In this document: positions 40,029 through 49,882 of the stretch, one piece after another | How positions within the stretch are numbered: the stretch's first letter is position 1 | How the letters are laid out: every line of letters begins with the position of its first letter | NCBI RefSeq assembly: GCF_035566375.1 | Contig: NZ_DATMRK010000047.1 | Coordinates: forward strand, 123,750-187,749 | Origin: Collimonas sp. | Lineage (GTDB): Bacteria; Pseudomonadota; Gammaproteobacteria; Burkholderiales; Burkholderiaceae_D | Length of the DNA stretch: 64,000 bases | Direction of reading: 5' to 3' | Notes under the pieces: generated by a model | The model's database searches: none | What the model was told of the DNA's origin: nothing | Seen by the model: the letters and a program-made list of their open reading frames with translations, nothing else | Program-made: the position numbers and the translations under genes

Positions 40029-42437
40029 TCAACGGCTAATGAAAGAGTCGGGTTGATTAACATTCTGATAACCTGGAACACTGCTACGCAGGGCTTGCAT
40101 CGGATTCGACCCGAAGCTTGACAAACCATTCAACTCAAGTTGCACGAATATACCCGTAGTCGAGCGGGTTGACGATGTCGGCGTACGCTGCCCGACGACA
40201 CGGAAAACCCAGCAATCCGCTTTGTATTCAAGCCCAAGCAAGCTTTGGCCGACGGTTTTTTCCTGCAAAGAGTAGCTGACGCGGCCAACCCCGTACCAGC
40301 GACGGCTCAACGGCCATTGGGCGGATACGTCAAACTGCTTCAGATATTTACTATCCAGCAGCAGCGGATCAATGTTGTTGTGATCCAGCTGGTAGGAAAA
40401 ATTGATGACTTTTTTCGGACCCGGCTGCCATTTGATGTTGGAACTGGCGCGTACCCATTGATTGTTACTCTGGCTATATTGGATAGTATTGTCGATGCCC
40501 AGCGTCGGCGACACCTGGCCGCCCGCCGTCAGCAGCAAATCCGAACGGCTGCTGGTGATGGTATCGGTAGTTCCTCCGAGTGACACACGCGGCGGGGTGA
40601 AGTAAAAACGCTGGCCGATACCCAGGCGCAAACGTTCCACACCGGACTCCTCGATGAAACGCGAAATCACCGCAGCTGTCAGTTGATTGGCGTCACCGAT
40701 ACGGTCATGGCCGCTATAACGGTTTTCGGTGAAAATCTGGGCAAAATTAAAATCCGCCACGCCACTGTCGAACAGTGGATATTGTCTCTGATCACGGAAG
40801 GGCGTACGCACATAGAACAGGCGCGGCTCCAGTGTCTGCGTCATCGGATTGCCAAAAAACTTTGCATCGCGCTCGAAAATCAAACCGGTATCGAAAGAAA
40901 AAGTCGGCAGCACCCGGTTAAAACTATTCCCCAGCGGCGTTTGATCCGCCGAGCTTGGAGGATTCGTGATGCCAAATTTATTCGGCGTGATGTTATAGGA
41001 GGTTGCGTCCAGCTGGATCTTTGGCGTAATGAAATAACCCGGGCGGATAATCGGGTAAGACAGCTGCGGATTGATGTAGATGCGATCGCCGCCTAAGGGC
41101 AGCAAAGTGCTTTGTGAAAAATCGTATTGGCTATTTCTGAAGCGGGTATATTGCGCGTTGACGGTCCAGTCAAAACCATAAATATCCTGCTTGCCGGCGG
41201 TCACGGTAACTTGTGGTAAACGATCGTAAGGACGACTCAGGGTCGGATTTCCATTGGCGTCAAAATCCTGCAATACCTGATAACGCGAAGCCAGCGCTGC
41301 CACGCTCCAGAATGAACCGCTATAGTTCAAATCGAATTCCCGATTCAATATCCGCGCCGAACTTTGGGTGATCGAACGCGAAAAATCGTCGGGATAATGA
41401 TCATCCGAGGCAAAGTTGACATTCCAGCCCATCGTCAAGCCGGGCATCAATGTCTGCGTATGAATCGACTGCAAGGCGTAACGGTTGCTCTTGGTCAGCC
41501 TGTCGTCGGGCAGGAATTCGATTTTGGTTTGACCACGGTAGCTGTCCCCTAAATAGCGCGCGTCAGCCCCCATTTGCAAACCGCGCTGAGTGATGATGTT
41601 GGGGTAGAGCGTCAAATCGCGATTAGGTGCGATATTGAAATAATAGGGAAGATTAAACTCAAAACCGCCGTTGTTAGTGGACCCTATAATCGGCGGCAAT
41701 ACGCCCGACTGACGATCGTTCGTTAGCGGGAAAGACAAAATCGGCGAGCCAAGAATCGGCACGCTCTTGAAATAGAGAACGCCGTTATGGGCCAGGCCCT
41801 CACCCAAACCGCTATCAACGTCCAGCGTACTCGACTTGATATACCAGTCCGGCTTGGTGCCGGGGCAGGTCGTGTAAGTACCGGTGATAATTTTCGCCTT
41901 GTCTTCATCGATAAAATCGATGCGTTCGGCCTTGCCGTGGCCTTCATTGGCCTGAAACCAGTAAGTCGGATTGGTCAGGAAACCCTGCCCGGAATCCATA
42001 TTCAGCTTGAGATCGTCGCCGGTGTATTTGTCGCCATAGCGATTCATTCGCACGCAACCATGTGCCCCCACCTCGTTCTCGATAATCCGGTAAGTTGCCT
42101 TATCAGACTTGACCTCGGTCTGGCCGCGGGTCAGATCGACATCGTTATCCAGATTAATCAGCCGATCCGGGCGGCCAGTCATCTGCTCGGCCTCCACCGT
42201 GGTCGGTGCATTGCTATCGTTGACCCGCGGCGCCCTAGCGCCTTGGGTCCCTTGCGTGGTAGGAACGGTCGGGACGGCCGCATCGGTCGATTGTGCCCAT
42301 ACCCAGATTGGCATGGTCGCCGCCGCGACGACCGAAGCCACCAGGACGGTCATGCGCCGCAAGGCAGGCAATTGGGACGCAGCCCGACCTGAACGTGACT
42401 GGAATTGCTTAGGGAGCGCTGAGGAGGACCGGGTCAT
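40029..42437 (-). CDS. lptD: LPS-assembly protein LptD
   Basis: YTTCP…WY, RQSGVLPP, PYYFNIAPNRD, TLEPRLFY, FSG-like YSGHDRI and LELNGL. Confidence 0.95.
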   Translation of the reverse strand: MTRSSSALPKQFQSRSGRAASQLPALRRMTVLVASVVAAATMPIWVWAQSTDAAVPTVPTTQGTQGARAPRVNDSNAPTTVEAEQMTGRPDRLINLDNDVDLTRGQTEVKSDKATYRIIENEVGAHGCVRMNRYGDKYTGDDLKLNMDSGQGFLTNPTYWFQANEGHGKAERIDFIDEDKAKIITGTYTTCPGTKPDWYIKSSTLDVDSGLGEGLAHNGVLYFKSVPILGSPILSFPLTNDRQSGVLPPIIGSTNNGGFEFNLPYYFNIAPNRDLTLYPNIITQRGLQMGADARYLGDSYRGQTKIEFLPDDRLTKSNRYALQSIHTQTLMPGLTMGWNVNFASDDHYPDDFSRSITQSSARILNREFDLNYSGSFWSVAALASRYQVLQDFDANGNPTLSRPYDRLPQVTVTAGKQDIYGFDWTVNAQYTRFRNSQYDFSQSTLLPLGGDRIYINPQLSYPIIRPGYFITPKIQLDATSYNITPNKFGITNPPSSADQTPLGNSFNRVLPTFSFDTGLIFERDAKFFGNPMTQTLEPRLFYVRTPFRDQRQYPLFDSGVADFNFAQIFTENRYSGHDRIGDANQLTAAVISRFIEESGVERLRLGIGQRFYFTPPRVSLGGTTDTITSSRSDLLLTAGGQVSPTLGIDNTIQYSQSNNQWVRASSNIKWQPGPKKVINFSYQLDHNNIDPLLLDSKYLKQFDVSAQWPLSRRWYGVGRVSYSLQEKTVGQSLLGLEYKADCWVFRVVGQRTPTSSTRSTTGIFVQLELNGLSSFGSNPMQALRSSVPGYQNVNQPDSFISR

Positions 42438-42535
42438 GAAATGAATTTGGCAAACACCATAGCAGGCGATTTTTTGAAATTAATCCCTTATTATATGGGA
42501 ACTCACTACCGACAACCGTATTACTGGAACGCTTA

Positions 42536-43573
42536 ATGTCTTTATCACAGTCTGCCCCCGCCCTGCCCGATCTGCGCCAGACCCAAATTGTCGAATGGCT
42601 AACTGCGCTTAGCGCCATTCCCACCCTGCCTGCAACCCTCCGCCCAGCCTCCGCCGACGCCAGTTTCCGGCGCTATTTCAGAATCGATGCGGTCGATGGC
42701 AGAACCCTGATTGTGATGGATGCGCCGCCGCCGCAAGAAGATGTGCGGCCATTCATCGAAATTGCCGGACTGTTTGCCGGCATCGGCCTGTCGGTGCCTG
42801 AAATTCTGGCGCAAGACGTCGAACGCGGCTTTCTGCTGCTGTCCGATCTGGGTTCTACCACTTACCTGCAGCAATTGAATGACGACAGCGCGCCGAAACT
42901 GTACATGGACGCCATCGACGCCCTGGTATTGCTGCAAACCAAAAGCCAGCCAGACGTGTTGCCCGAATATGATCGCGCTTTTTTGTTGCGAGAATTGCAA
43001 ATATTTCCGGAATGGTATCTCGGCAAGCATCTGAAGGCTACGCTTACCGACCAGCAAACCACGGACTTGAACCAGGTGTTCGACGCCATCCTGGCCAACA
43101 ACCTGGCGCAGCCGCAAGTGTTTATCCATCGCGATTATCACTCGCGCAACCTGATGGTGCTGCCAACCGGCAATCCCGGCGTACTCGATTTCCAAGGTGC
43201 ACTGTTCGGGCCGATCACCTACGATATCGTCTCGCTGTTGCGCGATGTTTATATCCAGTGGGACGAGGCGCAAGTGCTCGACTGGATGATCCGTTACTGG
43301 GAGCGCGCCAAACGCGCCGGCCTGCCGGTCCATCCGGACATCGACGCCTTCTACCGCGATTTCGAATACATGGGGCTGCAACGCCATCTCAAGATACTCG
43401 GCTTGTTCGCTCGCCTGAACCACCGCGACGGCAAGGAAGCCTATCTGAAAGATATCCCGCTAGTCATGGAGTACGTCCGCAAGACCGCGCTGCGTTACCG
43501 TGAACTGATTCCACTGGTGCGTTTACTGGACAAGCTGGAAGATAAAGCGGTGCAGGTCGGCTATACGTTCTAA
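42536..43573 (+). CDS. amgK: Anomeric MurNAc/GlcNAc kinase (phosphotransferase family)
   Basis: ASADASFRRYFR, LLLSDLG, HRDYHSRNLM and LDFQGA; divergent from lptD and upstream of murU. Confidence 0.9.
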   Translation: MSLSQSAPALPDLRQTQIVEWLTALSAIPTLPATLRPASADASFRRYFRIDAVDGRTLIVMDAPPPQEDVRPFIEIAGLFAGIGLSVPEILAQDVERGFLLLSDLGSTTYLQQLNDDSAPKLYMDAIDALVLLQTKSQPDVLPEYDRAFLLRELQIFPEWYLGKHLKATLTDQQTTDLNQVFDAILANNLAQPQVFIHRDYHSRNLMVLPTGNPGVLDFQGALFGPITYDIVSLLRDVYIQWDEAQVLDWMIRYWERAKRAGLPVHPDIDAFYRDFEYMGLQRHLKILGLFARLNHRDGKEAYLKDIPLVMEYVRKTALRYRELIPLVRLLDKLEDKAVQVGYTF

Positions 43574-43593
43574 TTGCAACCAGAAAAAAATCC

Positions 43594-44301
43594 ATGAAAG
43601 CAATGATTTTTGCCGCCGGCCGCGGCGAGCGCATGCGCCCGCTGACCGACACCACCCCCAAGCCCTTGCTCAAGATCCGCGGCCGGCCGTTGATCGTCTG
43701 GCACATCGTCAACCTGGTGCGCGCCGGCATCACCGACATCGTCATCAATCACGCCCACCTGGGACAAATGATTGAAGATGCCTTGGGTGACGGCAGCAAA
43801 TTCGGCGCGACGATTTCCTACTCACCGGAAACCGTCGCGCTGGAAACCGCAGGCGGCGTCGCCAACGCCCGCCATCTGCTGGGAGAGGAACCGTTCGTGG
43901 CGATTGCCGGCGATGTCTACTGCCCGCATTTCGACTTCGAACAAGTCAAGAATACGTTGGAAGACAAGGATATCTGGGGCCAGCCGTATGCGCTGGACCA
44001 GCGCGACAACGCCTGGCTCTACCTGGTGAAAAACCCGGCGCATCATCCGCAGGGCGATTTCGGTTTGCACAGTTTTTCCGTCAGCAACGACGGCGAACCC
44101 GGCCACACCTACACCTTCTCCGGCATCGGCGTTTACCGGCCATCGATGTTCGACGCCGTCAGCCCCGGACAATCGGAAAAGCTGGTGACCTTGCTGCGCG
44201 AATACGCCGCGCGCGGCCAGATCGGCGGCGAAGTGTATCGCGGCGAATGGACCGACGTCGGCACCATCGAACGCCTGAATCAACTGAACGCACCGCTGTA
44301 A
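43594..44301 (+). CDS. murU: N-acetylmuramate alpha-1-phosphate uridylyltransferase
   Basis: MKAMIFAAGRGERMRPLTD..PKPLL, LETAGG and WTDVGT. Confidence 0.92.
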   Translation: MKAMIFAAGRGERMRPLTDTTPKPLLKIRGRPLIVWHIVNLVRAGITDIVINHAHLGQMIEDALGDGSKFGATISYSPETVALETAGGVANARHLLGEEPFVAIAGDVYCPHFDFEQVKNTLEDKDIWGQPYALDQRDNAWLYLVKNPAHHPQGDFGLHSFSVSNDGEPGHTYTFSGIGVYRPSMFDAVSPGQSEKLVTLLREYAARGQIGGEVYRGEWTDVGTIERLNQLNAPL

Positions 44302-44371
44302 TCGGCAACCATCGACTACAACCGACAACACCCAGCGCCAGCAAATCAACCCATTCCAGAAAGACGCCAGC

Positions 44372-45712
44372 ATGACTCCTTACAGCACACGCCGCAGCAA
44401 ACTGATTGCGCAAATGCAGGCCATGGGTGGCGGCGTCGCCATTATCTCGACCGCGCCCGAAGCCGCGCGCAATGCCGATTCCGATTTCCCCTACCGTCAC
44501 GACAGCAGCTTCTATTACCTGTCCGGTTTTACCGAACCGGACGCCGTGATCGTGCTGGTCGCCGGTAAGGATGCAAAGGCGATTTTGTTTTGCCGCGAAA
44601 AAAATCTGGAGCGGGAAATCTGGGACGGCTATCGCTTCGGCCCTGACGCTGCGCGTGAACAGCTCGGTTTCGACGCCGCGTTTGCGATCGACGCCATCGA
44701 TACCGAAATGCCGAAACTGCTAGCCGATGTACCGGCGATTTTTTACTCGCTAGGTAAACAAGCCAATCGCGACAGCCAATTGCAAGGCTGGCTCAACAAA
44801 CTCAGCGGCCAGGCCCGCATCGGCGTCAGCGCGCCGGCCACCATCCACAGCCTGGATCCGCTGCTGGCCGAGATGCGTCTGTTTAAAGACGCGGGGGAAC
44901 ACGCGATCATGCAACGCTCCGGACAAATTGCCGCCGGCGCCCATAAGCGCGCCATGCACCTGGCCCGCCCAGGCTTGCGCGAATACCACCTGGAAGCCGA
45001 ATTGCTGCATGAGTTCCGCACCCAAGGCGCGGAATCGCCGGCTTATACCTCTATCGTCGCCACCGGCGCTAACGCTTGCGTGTTGCACTACCGCGCCGGC
45101 AACACCGAGCTGAAAGACGGTGACCTGGTGCTGATCGACGCCGGCTGTGAATTCGAAAGCTATGCCTCCGACATCACCCGCACCTTTCCGGCCAACGGCG
45201 TCTTCTCGGGCCCGCAAAAAACTTTATATGAAATCGTGCTGGCGGCACAGCATGCAGCGATAGCCGCAACCCGTCCCGGACAGCGCTTCATCGATGGCCA
45301 CAATGCGGCGCTGCGGGTGCTGGCGCAGGGCATGCTGGATACCGGCCTGCTGGATAAAAACAAAGTCGGCACGCTGGACGACGTGATTGCCAAAGGCGAT
45401 TATCGTCAGTTTTACATGCACAGCACCGGCCACTGGATCGGCCTTGACGTGCACGACGTCGGCGCCTACCGTGAACCCGGCGAAGCTGCTGCCGAAGGCC
45501 AGCAAAAACCGTGGCGCAAGCTGCAGCCCGGCATGGTCACTACGGTTGAGCCTGGCATCTACGTGCGGCCAGCCGAAGGGGTGCCGGAACAATACTGGAA
45601 TATCGGCATCCGCATTGAAGACGATATCCTGGTCACCGCGGACGGCAACCACAACCTGACCAGCGATGTGCCGACATCGGTGGCCGAGATCGAAGCATTG
45701 ATGCGCAAATGA
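44372..45712 (+). CDS. pepP: Xaa-Pro aminopeptidase
   Basis: YLSGFTEP, LIDAGCE, SDITRTFP, HSTGHWIGLDVHD, TVEPGIY and GIRIEDD. Confidence 0.95.
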   Translation: MTPYSTRRSKLIAQMQAMGGGVAIISTAPEAARNADSDFPYRHDSSFYYLSGFTEPDAVIVLVAGKDAKAILFCREKNLEREIWDGYRFGPDAAREQLGFDAAFAIDAIDTEMPKLLADVPAIFYSLGKQANRDSQLQGWLNKLSGQARIGVSAPATIHSLDPLLAEMRLFKDAGEHAIMQRSGQIAAGAHKRAMHLARPGLREYHLEAELLHEFRTQGAESPAYTSIVATGANACVLHYRAGNTELKDGDLVLIDAGCEFESYASDITRTFPANGVFSGPQKTLYEIVLAAQHAAIAATRPGQRFIDGHNAALRVLAQGMLDTGLLDKNKVGTLDDVIAKGDYRQFYMHSTGHWIGLDVHDVGAYREPGEAAAEGQQKPWRKLQPGMVTTVEPGIYVRPAEGVPEQYWNIGIRIEDDILVTADGNHNLTSDVPTSVAEIEALMRK

Positions 45713-46341
45713 CGCACGCTGCTCCCACCATCGTTGTGTTCGACCTCGGCGGCGTTCTCATCGACTGGAACCCGGACTACCTGTTCCGCAAGCTGATCAC
45801 CAATGAGACCGAGCGCAAATGGTTCCTCGCCAACATCTGCAGCGGCGAGTGGAATCTCCAGCAAGACGCCGGCCGCCCGCTGAGCGAGGCCACCGCTATC
45901 CTCAGTGCTGAGCACCCGGATCATGCGGAGCTGATCGAAGCTTTTTATGCGCGCTGGACGGAAATGTTAGGCGGCGCGCTGGCCGAAGGCGTGGCGATTT
46001 TCGAGGCGCTGGAAACGGCCGGCGTGCCGTTGTTTGCATTGACCAACTGGTCGGGCGAAACTTTCCCCTATGCCTGGAACAACTATCCATTCCTGCAGCG
46101 TTTCAAGGATGTGTTGGTGTCCGGCGATGAAAAACTGATCAAGCCGGATGCCCGTATATACCAACGCATGCTGGAGCGGATTCGCAAACATTATCCCGAT
46201 GCGCAACCGCAACAACTGGTGTTCATCGACGACGTCCTCAGAAACGTCGATGCGGCGCGCGCACTCGGCTGGCGCGCCATCCATCACACCTCGCCGGAAT
46301 TAACCGCAGCGCAATTGCGCGCATGGGGATTGCCAGCATGA
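45709..46341 (+). CDS. HAD family hydrolase/phosphatase
   Basis: VFDLGGVLIDW, LTNW, KLIKPD..IY and FIDD; ATGA overlaps at both ends. Confidence 0.9.
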   Translation: MTHAAPTIVVFDLGGVLIDWNPDYLFRKLITNETERKWFLANICSGEWNLQQDAGRPLSEATAILSAEHPDHAELIEAFYARWTEMLGGALAEGVAIFEALETAGVPLFALTNWSGETFPYAWNNYPFLQRFKDVLVSGDEKLIKPDARIYQRMLERIRKHYPDAQPQQLVFIDDVLRNVDAARALGWRAIHHTSPELTAAQLRAWGLPA

Positions 46342-47510
46342 ACAAACCAGTCGATCAGCCGCTGCCGATAGAAGTCGACATCGCCATCTGCGGCGCCGGC
46401 CCGGTCGGCTTGAGCCTGGCTGCGCTGCTGATAAAACGTGGCGTGGCGGCGGCTCGCATTGCTCTGATCGATGCCAAGACAGTCGAACAGGCAAGGCAAG
46501 ATCCGCGTTCTCTGGCGCTCTCCTACGGCAGCCGCCAGATCCTGCAAGAGATCGGCGCCTGGCCGATCGCCGCCACCGCGATCCATCAGATCCATGTATC
46601 GCGCCGTGCACATTTCGGCCGCACCCTGATTCAACGCGAAGAATTCCAGCTGCCGGCGCTTGGTTATGTGACTCGCTACGGAACCCTGGTAACGGCTTTG
46701 GCAGCACTGCCGTCTTTGGCAGATATCCATCTGCTGAGGCCGGCGCAAGTCAGCGCCAGCACCGAACAGGACGATCATGTGGAGTTGCAGTTGTCAGATG
46801 GCCGTTCCCTACGCAGCAAATTGCTGGTGCAAGCTGAAGGCGGCCTGTTCGGCGCCCAGGACGATAAGTCGCTGCAACGCGATTACCAGCAAGTCGGCAT
46901 CGTCGCCCATGTCCAGAGCAGTGCGCCGATTGCACACCGCGCCTTCGAACGCTTCACCGACCAGGGACCGCTGGCGCTGCTGCCGCAGGATGACGAGCAC
47001 GGCCACAACTACGCCTTGGTATGGTGCGTGCGCCCGGCGACGGCAAGCCAGTTGCTGGCGCTGGATGATGCAGCGTTCCTGGCGGCGTTGACACAGGCTT
47101 TCGGCGGCCGGCTTGGACGTTTTACTAAAATCTCGGCACGCAACAGTTTTTCGCTGGGCTTGAATGCACGCCCGGGAGCTACGCTCAGAACCGTGGCAAT
47201 TGGCAACGCCGCTCAAACCCTGCACCCGGTTGCCGGCCAGGGATTGAATCTGGGCTTGCGCGATGCAACGGTGCTGGCGCGTTTGCTGGCCACCGACATA
47301 ACGCCGGACGCACTGCAACGGTTTGCCGCCACCAGGCAGTCAGACCGCAGTTTGACGATCCACCTGACCGATATCATGGCGCGGATTTTTGCCAGTGCGC
47401 CCGACGGCGCCATATCGCAAACCCTGCTCGGCTTATCGCTCGGACTGGTGGATGTGGTGAAGCCGGCCAGACGCTTGCTTGCGCAACAAATGATGTTTGG
47501 GCGACGCTAA
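46338..47510 (+). CDS. ubiH: UbiH/UbiF/VisC-family FAD-dependent hydroxylase
   Basis: GAGPVG, AFERFT..GPLALLP and IGNAAQTLHPVAGQGLNLGLRD; follows pepP. Confidence 0.82.
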   Translation: MNKPVDQPLPIEVDIAICGAGPVGLSLAALLIKRGVAAARIALIDAKTVEQARQDPRSLALSYGSRQILQEIGAWPIAATAIHQIHVSRRAHFGRTLIQREEFQLPALGYVTRYGTLVTALAALPSLADIHLLRPAQVSASTEQDDHVELQLSDGRSLRSKLLVQAEGGLFGAQDDKSLQRDYQQVGIVAHVQSSAPIAHRAFERFTDQGPLALLPQDDEHGHNYALVWCVRPATASQLLALDDAAFLAALTQAFGGRLGRFTKISARNSFSLGLNARPGATLRTVAIGNAAQTLHPVAGQGLNLGLRDATVLARLLATDITPDALQRFAATRQSDRSLTIHLTDIMARIFASAPDGAISQTLLGLSLGLVDVVKPARRLLAQQMMFGRR

Positions 47511-47531
47511 ACTTCGCTTCACTCGCACCAT

Positions 47532-47572
47532 AAAAAAAACCGCGCCGGTTTTACCTGGTGCGGCTTTTTTTT
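47532..47572. terminator. Bidirectional terminator between convergent ubiH and pntB
   Basis: A8-CCGCGCCGG…CTGGTGCGG-C-T8. Confidence 0.75.
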
Positions 47573-47600
47573 ATGGGAGTGGTCAACGCTTACTTAGCCC

Positions 47601-49037
47601 TTACTCAATCGCCTTCGCCATATCCTCAATCACCTTCTTGGCGTCACCAAACACCATCATGGTTTTATCCATGTAGAACAGCTCGTTGTCCAGTCCGGCA
47701 TAGCCGGAGGCCATCGAACGCTTGTTGACGATGACGGTCTTGGCTTTGTAGGCCTCCAGGATAGGCATGCCGGCAATCGATGACTTCGGATCCTTGGCGG
47801 CCGGATTGACGACGTCGTTGGCGCCCAATACCAGCACCACGTCGGCCTGGGCGAATTCGCTGTTGATGTCTTCCATCTCGAACACCTGGTCGTACGGCAC
47901 TTCGGCCTCGGCCAGCAAGACGTTCATGTGGCCCGGCATGCGCCCGGCCACCGGGTGGATCGCGAACTTGACGGTGACACCCTTGTGCGACAGCTTTTCA
48001 GCCAGTTCCATCAATGCGTGCTGGGCACGCGCCACCGCCAGGCCGTAGCCGGGAACGATGATGACGGTTTCGGCATTCCCCAACAGGAACGAGGCATCGT
48101 CGGCGGAGCCGGATTTCACCGGGCGCTGGGCTTGTGCACCACCTGCCGTTGCGGCAGCTGCGTCGCCGCCAAAGCCGCCCAGGATCACGTTGAAGAACGA
48201 GCGATTCATCGCCTTGCACATGATGTAGGACAGGATCGCGCCGCTGGAACCGACCAGCGATCCGGCGATGATCAGCATCGAATTGTTGAGCGAAAAACCG
48301 ATGCCGGCAGCCGCCCAGCCTGAATAGCTGTTAAGCATCGACACCACTACCGGCATGTCGGCGCCGCCGATCGGGATAATGATCAGCACGCCTAGCGCAA
48401 ACGCGATGATGGTCATCAGGATGAAGGGCAGCCAGGACTGGGTCAGCACAAAGATGATTCCCAGCCCCAGCATCGCCACGGCCAGCAACAGGTTGATGAA
48501 ATGCTGCCCCCTGAAGCTGACCGGTGCGCCCTGGAACAGGCGGAATTTGTATTTCCCCGAGAGCTTGCCAAATGCAATCACCGAACCGGAGAAGGTAATC
48601 GCACCGACGAAGGTGCCGATAAACAGCTCGATGCGGTTACCGACCGGCAGCGCCTCGCCGTGGGCAGCGATACCGAAAGCCCAAGGCTCCGACACCGCAG
48701 CCACCGCGATACATACTGCCGCCAGGCCGATCAGCGAATGCATCGCCGCCACCAGTTCCGGCATCTTGGTCATCTCGACGCGTTTCGCCAGGAAAGCGCC
48801 GATGCTGCCGCCCACCACCACGCCGCCGGCCACCAGCCAGAAACCGAGGCCGGCTCCTTGCGATTCAGCCTTCAGTTTGACGATCAAGGCAATCGTGGTC
48901 ACCACGGCAATCGCCATGCCAGCCATGCCGAATACATTGCCGCGCCGCGCTGAAGTCGGATGCGACAAACCCTTGAGCGCCTGGATGAAGCAGACCGAGG
49001 CGATCAGGTACAACATCGTCACCAGATTCATACTCAT
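47601..49037 (-). CDS. pntB: NAD(P) transhydrogenase subunit beta
   Basis: MPELVAAMHS, FSGSVIAFGKL, PGYGLAVA, HPVAGRMPGHMNVLLAEA and GANDVVNP. Confidence 0.97.
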   Translation of the reverse strand: MSMNLVTMLYLIASVCFIQALKGLSHPTSARRGNVFGMAGMAIAVVTTIALIVKLKAESQGAGLGFWLVAGGVVVGGSIGAFLAKRVEMTKMPELVAAMHSLIGLAAVCIAVAAVSEPWAFGIAAHGEALPVGNRIELFIGTFVGAITFSGSVIAFGKLSGKYKFRLFQGAPVSFRGQHFINLLLAVAMLGLGIIFVLTQSWLPFILMTIIAFALGVLIIIPIGGADMPVVVSMLNSYSGWAAAGIGFSLNNSMLIIAGSLVGSSGAILSYIMCKAMNRSFFNVILGGFGGDAAAATAGGAQAQRPVKSGSADDASFLLGNAETVIIVPGYGLAVARAQHALMELAEKLSHKGVTVKFAIHPVAGRMPGHMNVLLAEAEVPYDQVFEMEDINSEFAQADVVLVLGANDVVNPAAKDPKSSIAGMPILEAYKAKTVIVNKRSMASGYAGLDNELFYMDKTMMVFGDAKKVIEDMAKAIE

Positions 49038-49360
49038 TGCTGGGCTCCTTCTTTAGCAGCAGGTTTTGCCTTCGGCTCTTTTTTCTTGAACATTTCCAGC
49101 ATGCGCTGCGTCACCAGAAAGCCGCCGAATACATTGACAGCCGCCAGCGCCACCGCCAGCGTGCCGGTAACCTGGCCGACCATGCCTTCGGTCAAGCCGG
49201 CCGCCAGCATGGCGCCGATGATGATGATCGCAGAGATCGCGTTGGTGACCGCCATCAGCGGTGTGTGCAGGGCAGGTGTAACGGTCCAGACCACGTGGTA
49301 ACCGACGTAGATCGCCAGTACGAAAATGATCAGGTTGGTGATGGTGTGCGTGACTTCCAT
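49034..49360 (-). CDS. pntAB: NAD(P) transhydrogenase alpha subunit, membrane part
   Basis: VTPALHTPLMAVTNAIS and NVFGGFLVTQRML. Confidence 0.95.
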   Translation of the reverse strand: MEVTHTITNLIIFVLAIYVGYHVVWTVTPALHTPLMAVTNAISAIIIIGAMLAAGLTEGMVGQVTGTLAVALAAVNVFGGFLVTQRMLEMFKKKEPKAKPAAKEGAQQ

Positions 49361-49420
49361 GGTTTCCCTTTGATAGAAGGACAGCGCTGAAAACTCGCGC
49401 AGTTGACTTAACTACTCGCT

Positions 49421-49783
49421 TTAGATTTTCTTCAGGCCGGTGATGCGGTTGTTGTCATCGACAAACACCACTTTCGGCACATAGCTGCGCGCCTCTTCGT
49501 CAGACAGCGGCGCATAAGTGCAAATGATCAGCAAGTCACCCAGATGAGCGCAGCGTGCAGCGGCGCCGTTCAGCGAAATTTCGCCGCTGCCGCGTTTGCC
49601 GCGGATCGCATAAGTTGAAAAACGCTGGCCGTTGTTGACGTTGTACAGCTCGATCTTTTCAAACTCGCGAATGTCGGCCGCTTCCAGCAGGTCTTCATCT
49701 ATCCCGCAAGAACCCTCGTAGTGCAGGTCGGCTTGGGTAACGGTTGCGCGATGAATTTTTGCGCGCAGCATGATGCGTTGCAT
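49421..49783 (-). CDS. panD: Aspartate 1-decarboxylase (pyruvoyl-dependent)
   Basis: [14 protein letters not shown]|SCGID self-cleavage site, RFSTYAI and LNGAAAR. Confidence 0.95.
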   Translation of the reverse strand: MQRIMLRAKIHRATVTQADLHYEGSCGIDEDLLEAADIREFEKIELYNVNNGQRFSTYAIRGKRGSGEISLNGAAARCAHLGDLLIICTYAPLSDEEARSYVPKVVFVDDNNRITGLKKI

Positions 49784-49882
49784 ATCTTGTTTCTCCAGTT
49801 TACGAAGGCGCCGGCCAAAGCCGGTTGCCCCTTACAGCTATTAATTAAATCGGTACTTGTTTCGGCAACTTAGTTGGGTCGC

